A stretch of 64,000 nucleotides of DNA from Mytilus californianus (taxonomy: Eukaryota). Location of the stretch: NCBI RefSeq assembly GCF_021869535.1, contig NW_026262668.1, forward strand, positions 87,730,001 to 87,794,000, read 5' to 3'. Position 1 is the first letter of the stretch. Each line of letters begins with the position of its first letter. The notes below the pieces were generated by a model. It was not told the DNA's origin. It did not search any database and saw only the letters and a list, made by a program, of their open reading frames with translations. A program made the position numbers and the translations under genes. Below are positions 12,501 to 25,059 of this stretch, piece by piece.

Positions 12501-14350
12501 TTTTTTTGTACTCACTGGTAGATGATTCTTTAGACAATTTATGATTAAAAAGATATGGCAATATACGTAAAACAGCAACGACAGAAAAACAATGGACTAG
12601 TCGACATAGGGTCTTATACAAAAAGAAAAATATCTTATCTAGACATATAAAGTCAAGCGTCTGGTTGTTCAAATACAGATAAATTGTTAATTATTTAAAC
12701 TATAAAAAAATCTACCATTATATAATATGCCTACTGGTCGGAAGCAATAATTTGCCCTTAATTCTGCACCGAATATAAACGTTAAACGGTGCTATTTTCG
12801 TTTGTCTGTGATCAATGTGACATTACGAATTGTTATTATATGCTTGATTTAAAGAACGTTCATGTAATTTGTCATATAAAATAAGGAATATATAGAAATA
12901 GCAAAAAGAAAGACGTAACTGCCAATTGAACACACACTAAGGTGTTATCAAAACATTGGTAACAGGTGAGTTTGAAAATATTTTTATACATACATGGAAA
13001 ATCCTGCAAATACACACGCTGTATTGTCCATCCAAAGAAAAGATTCTACTAGTTTTCTGTGTTCTTCAAATATTTTTCAACCCAGATCCCTCCAATTTCT
13101 AAAATGTTTGTATATACATTTTTTTGTACATTAAAGATATGCATCAAAGTTAAGATACATATTTGGAAAATGTGAGCAAGTTTGCATATATAAAGATGAT
13201 CTAGTGAAAAAACGGCATTTGACCACAGCAGTCCGACAAAGCATTGTAGAAATTTTTAAACCTGAAATGCAAATTTTGGCTGATTTTTACATCGATGACC
13301 TTGAGGTCAGTCCGATGTATTGCTATCGCCTAGATTTCCATTATGTAAATTAGTTTTGGTTTTGTAACCGATCTATAAACATGATAAATATGCGCACATA
13401 AACGAGTGCAAAATAACATTCCTTGTCATTTGATATAAATACATCTCTTCAATGAATACTGATAAAAATATTTTTGTTTACAACATAAATTAATAATGTG
13501 AAAATGTTTTGTAGTTAGATATATATATATAAGTAAAAAATCATTGATAATATCAATGCACACGTACCGAAAAATTGTGTTAAAGCATGCGGAAGAATAT
13601 CCCAAAGAACGTTTTGCGACAGGACCGGTAACTCTGTAATTGTTTTTGCGGGAAAATATGAATGCCTACTCGTATCCAATCTTAGAAAAATCGAATTTTT
13701 ACAGAAAAGTGTCCACCATGCACTTGCATTGCACTATTATTAGAACAGTATAATAGAATGATATACAAACGGATGCAAATCATATATATATGTAACTGTT
13801 ATTTAAATATAATATATAACAACAAATCAGTGTATACTGATTTGTATCACTACAATATAATAGTTATTACGGTGAAGTTGAATTTCCTATCATTTATTCA
13901 TCATACTCGCACGCACTTGTCTAGAAAAAAATATATCTCTGTACATTAACCTCAGTTTCAGGTAAAGAGATATGTTGTTTTTTTCTGAGACAAGTGCTTT
14001 TGACCATCCTCAAGAACTTGTGGTCATCCGATGTTCAGTACTTCAGTACTTTGATTATAATTTTGCTTGCATCAGGAACACTTTAATCGGAAGACGGAAA
14101 CAGTAAATAATAAAAAGAAAATTATTAGCAATTAGAGATGGTCAAATTATTTTGAATGAACAAAATAAGTATTTTAGAAGTTATTGGCACTAAAATCCTA
14201 CTACCTGATTTGCATGGAATATGATTTCATGGATGTCCGTCATTTCGAAATTCAATAATTGGTTGGACATTTTTGTATTTATATAATAAGTTGAATATGA
14301 ACAGTCATATTTTGTTCAAGTAAGAAGCTTGATTTATCTATACCTTTCAG

Positions 14351-14450
14351 TCGTTTTGCAATCGACTTCAGGGGAAACTCGTAGAAATAGAATCAGCAGA
14401 TGAGAACAACTTCATACGAAATTATTTGCTCCATAATACGTCTCACACAC
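14351..14450 (+). CDS. C-type lectin, coding exon 3
   Basis: Acceptor ctttcag; reads SFCNRLQGKLVEIESADENNFIRNYLLHNTSHT + C; donor GTAAGT (phase 1). FC..L.G.LVEIES..EN.FI is a classic CTLD segment. Confidence 0.92.
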
Positions 14451-14642
14451 GTAAGTTGTTTTTCGTATAAGACACTTATACAAATGTATTATATTCATAC
14501 CTACGCTTAGACTCACCTTATGCTAACTGTGTTTATTAATTTGTCAAAGGAACCATGTTTCAAAAACCAATAGAGATACTGCAAAAAAAAAAACGACAAA
14601 ATGCTGCGTTAGGCACTACTTAACTAATGACATTTTCATTGT

Positions 14643-16115
14643 AATAAAATTGAGAATGGAAATGGGGAATGTGTCAAAGAGACAACAACCCGACCAAAGA
14701 GTAGAAAACAGCCGAAGGCCTCCATTGGGTCTTCAACACAGCGAGAAAATCCCGCACCCGGTGGCTGGCTTCAGCTGGCCCCTAAACAAAAATGTGTACT
14801 AGTTCAAGAAAATGGACGTCACACTAAACTACAAAACATATAAATGAACTAAAATTAAAAAACTACAAGACTAACAAAAACCAGAGGCTCCTGACTTGGG
14901 ACAGGGGCAAAAATGCGGCGGGATTAAACATGTTTTGAGATATGAACCCTCCTCCTATACCTCTAGCCAATGTAGGTAAACAAACACACAGCAATACGCA
15001 CAGTAAAACTCAGTTTTAAAAAAGTCCGAGTCCGATGTCAGAATAGGTAACAAAAGAAAATAAGCAAAATGACAATGCTATATAAATTAACAAAGGACTA
15101 CTAGCAGTTACTGACATGCCAGCTCCAGACATAAATTAAACTGATTTAAAGATTATCTCTTCATCATATGAAAATCAAGCACAATCCCTCCTGTTAGGGG
15201 TTTAGTATCATACCATCATAAAATATATGAGAAGAAAATAACCCGTATCATGCCAACAACTGGTTTAAGAATAAATGTGTTTATTTCCGATGCAAAGACC
15301 CTATGAGTGAATCAATATTAATACCAAAATATGCCATCCTTAATGACCTGACAACAGTATCGTAACTATATCCCTTCTGAATAAGTCTGTTCAAAGGTTT
15401 GGTTAGCTTTTGAGTTGAATGCCGACCTTTTTGTGTTTTGTAAAGAATATTACCATAATAGATTGGATGTGAAATACCTGAACGTATAAGATGTCTGCAT
15501 GTTGATTTATATTTACGAATGATGTCCTTGTACCGATGATAAAATTTAGTATATGTTTTGACTAGTTTGTGATATAGAAAACCCTGGTGTAATAATGTTT
15601 TCAGTATTACAGAGGTTTCTTTCGTTAAAATCAAATACGTTGTTACATGCACGAGCGAATCGAACAAGTTGAGATATATAAACACCATAAGAATGGTGAC
15701 AATGGAACGTCACCATCTAAAAATGGATAATTAACAATAGGAAATGAAAAATCATCTCTTTTATCATAAATTTTGGTATAAAGCTTCCCGTTAAAGATAT
15801 AGATATCAAGATCCAGGAAAGGGCACTGTTCATTGTTAGTATTAGCTTTATTTAAAGTCAGTTCAGCAAGATAAATCTCTTTAGTGTACATACTGAAGTC
15901 GTCGTTATTGAGAGCCAATATATCATCCAAATATCTAAAAGAGTTATTAAATTTTTGTAGCAGATGTTGTTTCGATGGGTCTTTGCTGATTTTAGTCATA
16001 AATTGTAACTCATAACAATACAGAAACATGTCTGCAATAATTGGTGCACAGTTAGCCCCCTTTGGAATTCCGATAACTTGACGATATACGGAATCTCCAT
16101 AGCGAACAAAAAATG
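14643..16115 (-). mobile_element. Penelope-like element in lectin intron 3 (RT 16115-15281 with one frameshift, 3' UTR to about 14643)
   Basis: RQVIGIPKGANCAP, FRYLDDIL, CPFLDLDI, KRDDFSFPIVNYPFL. ORF ends ...SLHRK-stop with no C-terminal endonuclease. Confidence 0.92.
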
Positions 16116-16274
16116 TTATCTAGTAAAATTTAAGGGCAGTTATTGTATAAAAGCAAGTCCAATTGACATAGTTCTTTTGTCTGGTGTTACTAAAAAATAG
16201 CCTAAAAAAGTTAGAACATATATATTCGCATAATCTCTTTTACGGAGGAAGTTTTTATACTTAATGTTTTGAAG

Positions 16275-16485
16275 AACACTTTTGGATCGGTGGAACTGAC
16301 GCCGTGTTTGAGAATGAATGGATGTGGATATCTACACTGGAAAAAATGGAGTTCACTGATTGGTCACCTAATCAACCTGACAACTATATGTCACATCAGG
16401 ATTGTGCAATGTTTTTCCTACCTGACAACTATCATTGGAATGATCATTATTGTGATGTAAAAGCTGGCTACATCTGTGAAAGAGA
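16275..16485 (+). CDS. C-type lectin, coding exon 4 (carbohydrate-recognition core)
   Basis: Acceptor ttttgaag; reads (Q)HFWIGGTDAVFENEWMWISTLEKMEFTDWSPNQPDNYMSHQDCAMFFLPDNYHWNDHYCDVKAGYICER + GA; donor GTATGT. Contains WIG, QPD and WND motifs and the conserved Cys residues. Confidence 0.95.
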
Positions 16486-16691
16486 GTATGTTGATGACTT
16501 TAAGATATTTCAGATAAACCCACTTTTCTATATAAAATTTGTCTTAATTATGAAATACAAAACTCGCTCATGTGCCTTCTCTGCGATTGTCACTTTTCAC
16601 ATTAATATCACGAATTATTTTTTTTATTGAATTTCTTTCATTCATTGCCACGTATAAGATTTATATGTCGGCTATTATCCTTATGTTCCAG

Positions 16692-16695
16692 ATGA
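16692..16695 (+). CDS. C-type lectin, terminal coding exon (E-stop)
   Basis: Acceptor ttatgttccag at 16691; GA|A TGA completes Glu then stop. AATAAA at 16782-16787. Exon lengths sum to 462 nt = 153 aa + stop. Confidence 0.7.
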
Positions 16696-17183
16696 AATAT
16701 TTCGGGTAAAAACAATTAAGTTTGAATTTGAAGCGCACGACGTAAAAGTTCTGCGAAAATGTTTTCTTTATTGATGTCATAAATAAAATTCTACGAGACG
16801 CATTGTCAACGTCATAAAAAATGAGATATACGGTCAGTGACTTTATATCACAAATAAATAAATAGTCAATCGATTTGTTGGCGCAGATTGCACAGTTGCA
16901 GTATAAAAAAGCATTTCAACGGATCAGATTCTCGATTAACAAAATAAAGAGTGTCAATTTCAGTCGTTTTTTCCTCCTAGGTCTGTTGTGGAAGTTTTTG
17001 TGTTAGGTGCAACAACAGTAAAATTTACAGAAAATAATCATATCAATGTTATTGAATGTCAGAAAAGAGTGCTGACTACTTCATGTACTTGGCTGTTGAT
17101 ACACTCAGATCGAAACTTCCACCAAAGTAGAATAGAAAAAGTGTCTGTTAATCTCATCAAAGATACGAGGCTTATAATTTAGT

Positions 17184-17228
17184 ACGTTAGACGCTCGTTT
17201 CTTTTATACAAGACTCATCATCGGCGGT
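17184..17228 (-). ncRNA. Decayed type I hammerhead motif
   Basis: Minus strand: cgccg aTGATGA gtcttgtataaaa GAAAC gagc GTC taacgt. Confidence 0.5.
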
Positions 17229-18152
17229 CGAATCAAAACAGAAAGACAGCCAATTCATTTACGAAGTTAAAAAGGATTGAAAAACAAAAACTATATACCT
17301 TAACTGGGGAAGATATGCCTCGGTGTTTTAAATAATTTAGAAACTTCAAGAAAATAAACAAATCAAGTTAATATGCTATGAATGTATACGAATCAACAAA
17401 AGTAACAATACACAAGTTTGAACTCAAATTTATCATAAAATATAATAAAAAGGAAAAACTGTTAAATTATCCAATGAAAAACATTCATTTGCAAAGCAAA
17501 TGTATATGATTAAAAGAATCTGACCAAATTGGAAAGTGAGAAAATACCGTGTTATTGAACACAGGGGTCAAATTTATTTTACGGAAAATGATGACAATAG
17601 TCGGCACTTAATTTCGAAGATGAGAATTAAGTATTCAAATATCTGCAAAGTCATTCATAATTTTAAGTAGACCATGTTTACGTTTAAAGTTTTAAGTTCA
17701 AAAATCGATTTTTGAATTTTTGGGTGAAAATACAATTTTTGAAATAACAAAAATTGCAAAAAAAAAAAATTCGCCTGTTTGCCTTAAATCGATGGTTTTG
17801 ATAAGAAAATAACACTCTGTAAATATTTGACCAATTGGGCAATTATTTACCTTGGTACAGTGTATCCAATTTCATTATATATGGAAAGTACATTGCCTTG
17901 TATCGTTTCTTTTGTTGACTATTATATATTTGCAATACAGTATTTACATTAATTTGAAAGAATCAAGTTATACATAAACAAACATCAAAGAGAGTATACT
18001 TGATCATGTTATATTCAATGGAAAATGAGAGGCGACAGATACCAAAGGGATATTCAAACTACGAGGAAACGTCATTTCTTCATTAATACCACTAGTAAAT
18101 GAATTCTAGCCTGGTATCTATGATGAATGTATAAGTCAAAAATATTTTGAGC

Positions 18153-18460
18153 TTAACATCATCTAAAAAGTCTGAACAATAAATTATTCAGTCACCTTTA
18201 GTCTCTCGGTCGTTTTTCAGACCTGTCCAATGCAGTTAATTCATTACAATTCAGACAATTCTCTCGCAGTCAATTCAGTACTGTTCAGTAGCTTTTCAGA
18301 CAATCCTTATTATGATGATAGGAACAGGTAAATAACAACTATTGAACAATCTGAACATAGACTGAACAGCTAGCGAATTGTCTGAACAGTACTGAATTTA
18401 AGCCATTGGAAAAGTCTGAAAATGACCTAAAAATTTATTGTTCAGTCTTTTAAGAGTTGA
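18153..18460. mobile_element. Foldback MITE, about 305 bp
   Basis: Nested inverted repeats: aaaagtctgaacaataaatt / aatttattgttcagtctttt, and aattcagtactgttcag / ctgaacagtactgaatt. Confidence 0.8.
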
Positions 18461-19361
18461 TTAGATCAAAATGACTGTTTCAGATTAAAATTGGTTTTCT
18501 AATGTACAATATAAAAGGATACCTTCAAAACACACGTCGAGTTCCCTACTGTTATAAAACAGCATCTATTTGATCATGGAACAAGACATATTGACATCAT
18601 GGCCAGTCAACAAACCAGGCGAATGCACATATATTCTTTACAAACACTTATATTCTATACAACAGGCATGTAAAAGGACATAATACTTACACTTCTAAAC
18701 CTTTTATGGATTAACCATTGGTAGTACAGAAACTTGTTAAAGAATGTATATTACTTTTTCATCGCAGTTTTGTGTACATGCATTGTCAGTCAACTTATCC
18801 GATAATAATTAAATAACTACTAAATGACACACAGACCGTAGTGTTTTCCGATAAAAATCTGCTCTATACCTGGAAAGTTTCGAATTAAATTATTACAAAA
18901 AAAAATTAAAAACAATATTGTAAAGTCGTCCAAACAATGTAATACAAATTGATGGGCAATTTCTATGATAATCTACTCAGATCGAGGACTGTAGTGAGTG
19001 CAAAAAGCTCACTCCATTTTGTCAAAAACATTCATTTGTTTTGTTTTTCGGTGTAAGTACACAAGTTATATGACAAACAGTCGATCAATAATATATCGTA
19101 TTTCTTTTGTCTTTCCTCAGCCAATTTGATGCATACACATGCTAAGGATATTCATATTGGCTCCTCAATTTTTAAATCCATGTCCAACAAAAATCACAGC
19201 AAACGATAGAAATTAGCAAATACAGTATAAATTTCAATTTTCAAATTTATAAAATCAATAAAACACTTTTGTTTTAACGAGTTTCTAGACTGTTTTTACG
19301 ACCAGCCAGAGTTCACAATTTACCTATTTAGTCGCTACACTATAGGATTACATGTATGGCC

Positions 19362-19385
19362 TTTTTTTTGGGGGGGGGGGGGGGG
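19362..19385. repeat. T8-G16 homopolymer
   Basis: Read directly from the sequence. Confidence 0.9.
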
Positions 19386-20329
19386 CATGGCAAGTTACAT
19401 GGTTCTTTTCTCAAGTTTCTCAAAACAGTTGTAGTTGTATGTAATAAAGTTCGATAACGTTCAACTGTACATGTACCTTTTAAGATTTCGAACATTTTGA
19501 AAAATCTAATTTCAAGACAATGAATTCGGCTGCTTTTGTTGACATCTTTTTATTATGTTTTTTGTGTTTAAGTATATTGAAATGTTTTATTATTTTTACA
19601 TTTTTATTTTCAAATACTTTCTGTATTCCTACAGTATCATGATTTGATTTTATCTCCTTTTTGCAGAATAGAAGATGGAGGTAGTGTAATAGGATGATAT
19701 TGAATGATTCAACTATTCTCGAGTTAAAGGAGTATACCTTACTATAACAATAAAAACTGCAAAAATCATCACTTTGGTTTTAGTTTTCATTTACCAGTTA
19801 TTTATCATTTATATGGATACAGTTGTAACTGTTATGAAACCATTTGCACCAAAATAACAAATACAAACTCAAATAAGATTTGAGTAATTATGATTGCACC
19901 ATATTAAGCTGTCCAAATTACCTAGCAAAAATTGAAGAAAGTAAAACATTACGTATGCAGTCGCAATATTTAGACATTGTATTTTTATTTCAAAACAGGC
20001 AAACTAAAGTAATGTTTTTAGTCAACAGCCTTTGCTGTTGTGTTGGTGTCATCTGCAATTCCGCGGACGTCGATTGTGTCAACAAAATTTACAAAATTAT
20101 ATTTGAAAATAACGATATAGTAGAGCTAAAAAACGTAAATAGAGTAGATGTATATGTATAAAAAGAAATGACATAGTTCAAACATTTACTCCTGATAAAT
20201 ACGTACGTAAATTGGTGGCACAGTAAAAACAGTTACGTCCAATAAATATATACGAAGAGTAACAGTACAAACGATTACTAATGACAACTATTTGCAAAAA
20301 GTAATAGCACAGTTAAAATATTGACTAGT

Positions 20330-21545
20330 GAGGAATATGTACGAAAAGTTATGGCAGAGTACAAACATTGAATCCTTGGGAATATGTACGAAAAGTGAAG
20401 GCAGAGTCCAAAGATTGACTCCTGGAAAATATGTACGAAAGCGGAAAAGAATTGCAGAGTACAAACATTGACTAGTGAGGAATATGTACGAAAAGTAATG
20501 GCAGAGTACAAACATTGGCTTCTGATGAATATGTACGAAAAGTAAAGGCAGAGTACAAACATGGACTCCAAATAAATATGTACGAAAAGTAAAGGCAGAG
20601 TACAAACATTGACTCCTAATAAATATGTACGAAAAGTAATGGCAGAGTACAAACATTGACTCCTGATGAATATGTACGAAAAGTAATGGCAGAGTACAAA
20701 CATGGACTCCTAGTAAATATGTACGAAAAGTAATGACAGAGTACACACATGGACTAGTGATGAATATGTACGAAAAGTAAAGGCAGAGTACAAACATGGA
20801 CTCCTAATAAATTTGTACGAAAAGTAAAGGCAGAGTACAAACATGGACTCCGAATAAATATGTACGAAAAGTAATGGCAGAATACAAACATGGACTAGTG
20901 AGGAATATGTACGAAAAGTAATGGCAGAGTACAAACATGGACTCCTAATAAATATGTACGAAAAGTAATGGCAAAATACAAACATGGACTAATGAGGAAT
21001 ATGTACGAAAAGTAAAGGCAGAGTACAAACATGGACTCCTAGTAAATATGTACGAAAAGTAATGACAGAGTACACACATGGACTAGTGAGGAATATGTAT
21101 GAAAAGTAATGGCAGAGTACAAACATGGACTTCTGATGAATATGTTCGAAAAGTAAAGGCAGAGTACAAATTTGGACTCCGAATAAATATGTACGAAAAG
21201 TAATGGCAGAATACAAACATGGACTAGTGAGGAATATGTACGAAAAGTAATGGCAGAGTACAAACATTGACTCCTAATAAATATGTACGAAAAGTAATGG
21301 CAGAATACAAACATAGACTAGTGAGGAATATGTACGAAAAGTAATGGCAGAGTACAAACATGGACTTCTGATGAATATGTACGAAAAGTAATGGCAGAGT
21401 ACAAACATGGACTCCTAATAAATATGTACGAAAAGTAATGGCAGAGTACAAACATTGACTAGTGAGGAATATGTACGAAAAAGAATGGCACAGACCACAT
21501 ATTTGTTTTTGAGGAATATGTACGAAAACTGATTACAGAGTACAA
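20330..21545. repeat. 47-bp tandem satellite, about 26 units
   Basis: Unit aatatgtacgaaaagtaa(t/a)ggcagagtacaaaca(t)ggact + variable 7-mer; period 47 (for example 20641 to 20688). Degenerate units reappear at 23005-23140. Confidence 0.95.
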
Positions 21546-21551
21546 ACCTTG

Positions 21552-22937
21552 ACAAAACAATAAAGGCAACAGTAGTATACCGCTGTTCGAAACTCATAAA
21601 TTGATAGAGACAAAAACAAATCCGGGTTACAAACTAAAACTGAGGGAAACGCATCAAATTTAAGAGGAGAACAACGACACAACAAAAACACAACATTAAA
21701 ATGTAACACACACAGAAACGAACTAAAATATAACAATGGCCATATTCCTGACTTGGTACAGGACATTTTAAGAAAAAAATGGTGGGTTGAACCTGGTTTT
21801 ATGGCATGCCAAACCTCCCGCTTTTATGGCAACGTCAAACACAACACCAAAACGACAACATCACATGACAGGACCACAATACAAATAAATGGGAGAACAT
21901 ATAGGACAAAGAAACACACGAATAATAGCTAGCAGAAGGTACTAGGCTTAAAATTCAATACACCAGACGTGCGTCTCGTCCACACAAGACCAACCAGTGA
22001 CGTTCAGATAAAAAAAGTTTGAAAGCCAAAACAAGTACAAAGATGAAGAGCACCGAGGACCAAAACTTCCAAAAAGTTGCGCCTAACACGGACAGGATTT
22101 TCTGCCTGGGACAAGAACATCCTTATTATTTAGAATAATTTATAATTTTGCAAACAGTAAATTTTATAAAATGACTATATAATAGATATACATGATAAAA
22201 CAAAAGTGGGGACTAACTACAGAATAAAAACGGATACATTACATAAAACAACTTAATCCAACATATAAAAATACACAGCCGAGTTAGCTAAAGCCTCAAC
22301 GCACAAAGTGACGTCACATTTGAAATTCTAAAAAAACACACAAAGTGACGTCACATATGAATTTGTAAAAATATTTCCCAAAAATAAGATAGGATTAGGA
22401 TTGATTCAAGATTAGATTTGTAATACTACCATTACATTTATTAATAACAATGAAAATTACAATACTTATTTATATCAAATTGTGGTAGTAATTAAATAAT
22501 TAATTGTATTATCTAGCTATGTCGGTGTTTCTTCTGAATCAAACTGTAAACCAAATATATCGTATAAATTTCGTTGAACCAAACTAAAATCTAATAAATG
22601 AAGGGGGTGATTAACTATCTATACCATAACACACGAATATAACAGAAAATACGTTAAGACATTTGACAAAATCCGACGAGAACAACAAATATAACATCAA
22701 AATTAAATACATGAATTTGGGATAGAAAGGTACCGTGACACGTCTTATAGCAATGCGGTTTCACACTCAGCAAAACAGTCACAATCGGGAATAAGTCACG
22801 TTCGGTAATTAAAAGATCAGACGACGTAATGACAAACCACAATCTAACACGTGGTAAAAATGTCCTTAGTTAGTTTTGACAAAGACACATCGTACGGATC
22901 AACCAATTGGTGATGGTGTCCGTAAAATTTACGGAGT
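21552..22937 (-). mobile_element. Penelope-like 3' fragment: RT last codons, 3' UTR with hammerhead, terminus
   Basis: 22937-22847 reads LRKFYGHHHQLVDPYDVSLSKLTKDIFTTC-stop. Hammerhead-like motif at 21962-22003. Terminal module at 21558. Confidence 0.82.
21962..22003 (-). ncRNA. Variant/mutated type I hammerhead motif
   Basis: Minus strand: acgtca CTGGTTG gtc-ttgtgtg-gac GAGAC gcac GTC tggtgt. Same architecture as the copies at 9554 and 53312. Confidence 0.55.
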
Positions 22938-23689
22938 GTCATTTTTAATCTGTCCTCCTCATAACTTTGTTGGAGCAGTTTCTGCGTAAGTAATTGTACA
23001 GTAATTGTACAGTACAGACATTGACTCCTGAGGAATATGTACGAAAACTAATGACAGAGTATAAAGACAAAACAAGAGACAGTAATGTTACAGTACAGAC
23101 ATTGACTCCTGAGGAATATGAATGAAAAGATATGGTACAGTACATACATCAAATTTTACATTGTTTATTTTATGTTGATGCATTCTCTGTACAATTTATT
23201 TTTTGAAACCACTGTTACGCCTCCCAATTCAACCCAATACAAGATATCTCTGATATTGCCAGTCACAGACTTTTCAGACCGGTTGGCATTGGAAAAGATG
23301 AAATAGAGAAAAGATCCCTTCTAAATCCTTCCTTTGAAACTTTGGCATTAACTTGTGTAACATCCTTCGTTATAAATAAAGGCAACAGTAGTATACCGCT
23401 GTTCAATAGTCATACATCGATTGAGCGAAAACAAATCCGGATTACAAACTAAAACCGAGGGAAACACATCAACTATAAGAGGAAAACAAAGCAACAACAC
23501 AATCACTGAACTGCAACAAAAACAAACGCCAACATACATAGAAACGGACTATTTGATAACAACTGCCATATTCCTGACTATAAATCAGTTCACTCAAAAG
23601 TACTTCTCTACTTTGAAGATCACTCCGTAGCTATCATTTCTTATATCTATACCAAACTAATTGCGACTAAAAATTTTTAATTGCAAACA

Positions 23690-25050
23690 CGTATTGCAGG
23701 ATCTCAATATTGACGACTGCAAGTTTAAACCTTCCGATTGCTACTGTGCTAGTTTCCCATTCATATATAATCCGGCTGGCCACATTATAACTGGTGACCT
23801 GAGCATTGTCAAATAACAATTCTCTGCGAAATCTGTTATCCAAAGGTTCGAAAACTCGTAAGCCAAAATCCATCAATTGGATGCACAACTTCAAAATAAT
23901 GATGTGTTCAGTCGAGGATTATGCCAGGCAATGGGCTAAAAGCAAAAATAAAGACGTGCATATTTTTTCCGAATGGGTTAAGACTATAAAACCGTTGATA
24001 CAAATTAGAATACAAAAGACTGAATGGGTCTATAGATATACATGCTACATCGATCTTCAAATACTTCTACACAAATGTTGCTAAGCTTTTCCTACCTATG
24101 TGACAAATATGTTGTTGTCGTCGCAGATAAAGCCCCAAACGACATCGTTGTTGTGTGTAAATCACATTACATAAACTGATTGATAACGGAATTCGGTATT
24201 GACAATTCAAATGGAAACCAAACCCCACGACACTTACCAAAAAGGACATCCTTAATAATCATAGTTCTGTTCTATGTTCTTTATGAATTTTAACAAGAAA
24301 CGAAAAAACTTGATCTTTCTTCATTGTATTGGATATCTTAATTACATAAGTGTAATTAGAAACATCGTTATATTGCTGGGTCTTCAAAGTGCTCCGCGAA
24401 ACCTATTTCTAAATTGTTAACAGCAATTTAATCCGCAATCAAAGCCGGTCTTATTCCTACTACCTTTTTCCTTAGAGGCGGGTTGAATCAGATAAGTTTA
24501 CTAAAAATTTCATACAATCTTAGTCTCTTCCCTCTTGCATTAGTATTAAAATAATAAAATAAAAGATAAATTGAAAAAAATTGGCCCTGCTTTATTTTAA
24601 ACAATGGCCTATGGCCAACGTAGATACAAATATATTGTTTAAGGGAGGGATAAAATGGTACTTTGATTCAAACTAAACCATATTTGGTACGTTCTGAGGA
24701 CGTGTGTTTCAACAAACAATCGGTTTTGCCATGGGAACCAACTGTGCTTCTATTTATGTCGCCTTGTTCCTTTTATTCATATAAGATAGACTTCGTAGAG
24801 AGGCTTCTAGGAAAGAATGAAAAAAGTTTGCATTATCCTTTAACGTTCCGCTGTATAGATGATGTACTCTCAATGAATAATTCAAAATTTGCTGATAATT
24901 TTGACCACGTCTATCCCATCGAACTTGAAATAAAGGATATAAAAAATTCAGTTAAGTCTGCCTAAATTCTTGACTTACGTCTAGAAATTGAAAATGAGGG
25001 TCGGTTGAGAACAAAACGTTACGACAAAAGAGATGATTTAAGCGTCCAAA
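23690..25050 (+). mobile_element. Penelope-like ORF, heavily decayed
   Basis: GHIITGDL, LLSKGSKTRKPKSINW, ADKAPNDIVVVCKSHY, RYIAGSSKCS, QQTIGFAMGTNC, FRCIDDVLSMNN, KRYDKRDD. Confidence 0.88.
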
Positions 25051-25059
25051 TTTTATTTC

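Noticed and set aside
19645-20161. 14-nt microexon at about 19667 and the 93-aa ORF at 19880
   Set aside because: Joining them gives an immediate stop (ATG GAG GCA AAC TAA), and no domain was recognised.
20520-21390. CTGATGA-atatgtac-GAAA in some satellite units (hammerhead core-like)
   Set aside because: No stem II, and the triplet before the stem I partner is GCA rather than NUH. Present in only a minority of units.
20330-21545. Possible CRISPR array
   Set aside because: The variable part is only 7 nt and recurs, there are no unique spacers or cas genes, and the context is eukaryotic.
20278-21597. Many overlapping 60-170 aa ORFs
   Set aside because: Artefacts of a stop-poor 47-bp satellite. 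The period is not a multiple of 3 and all frames give the same peptide words.
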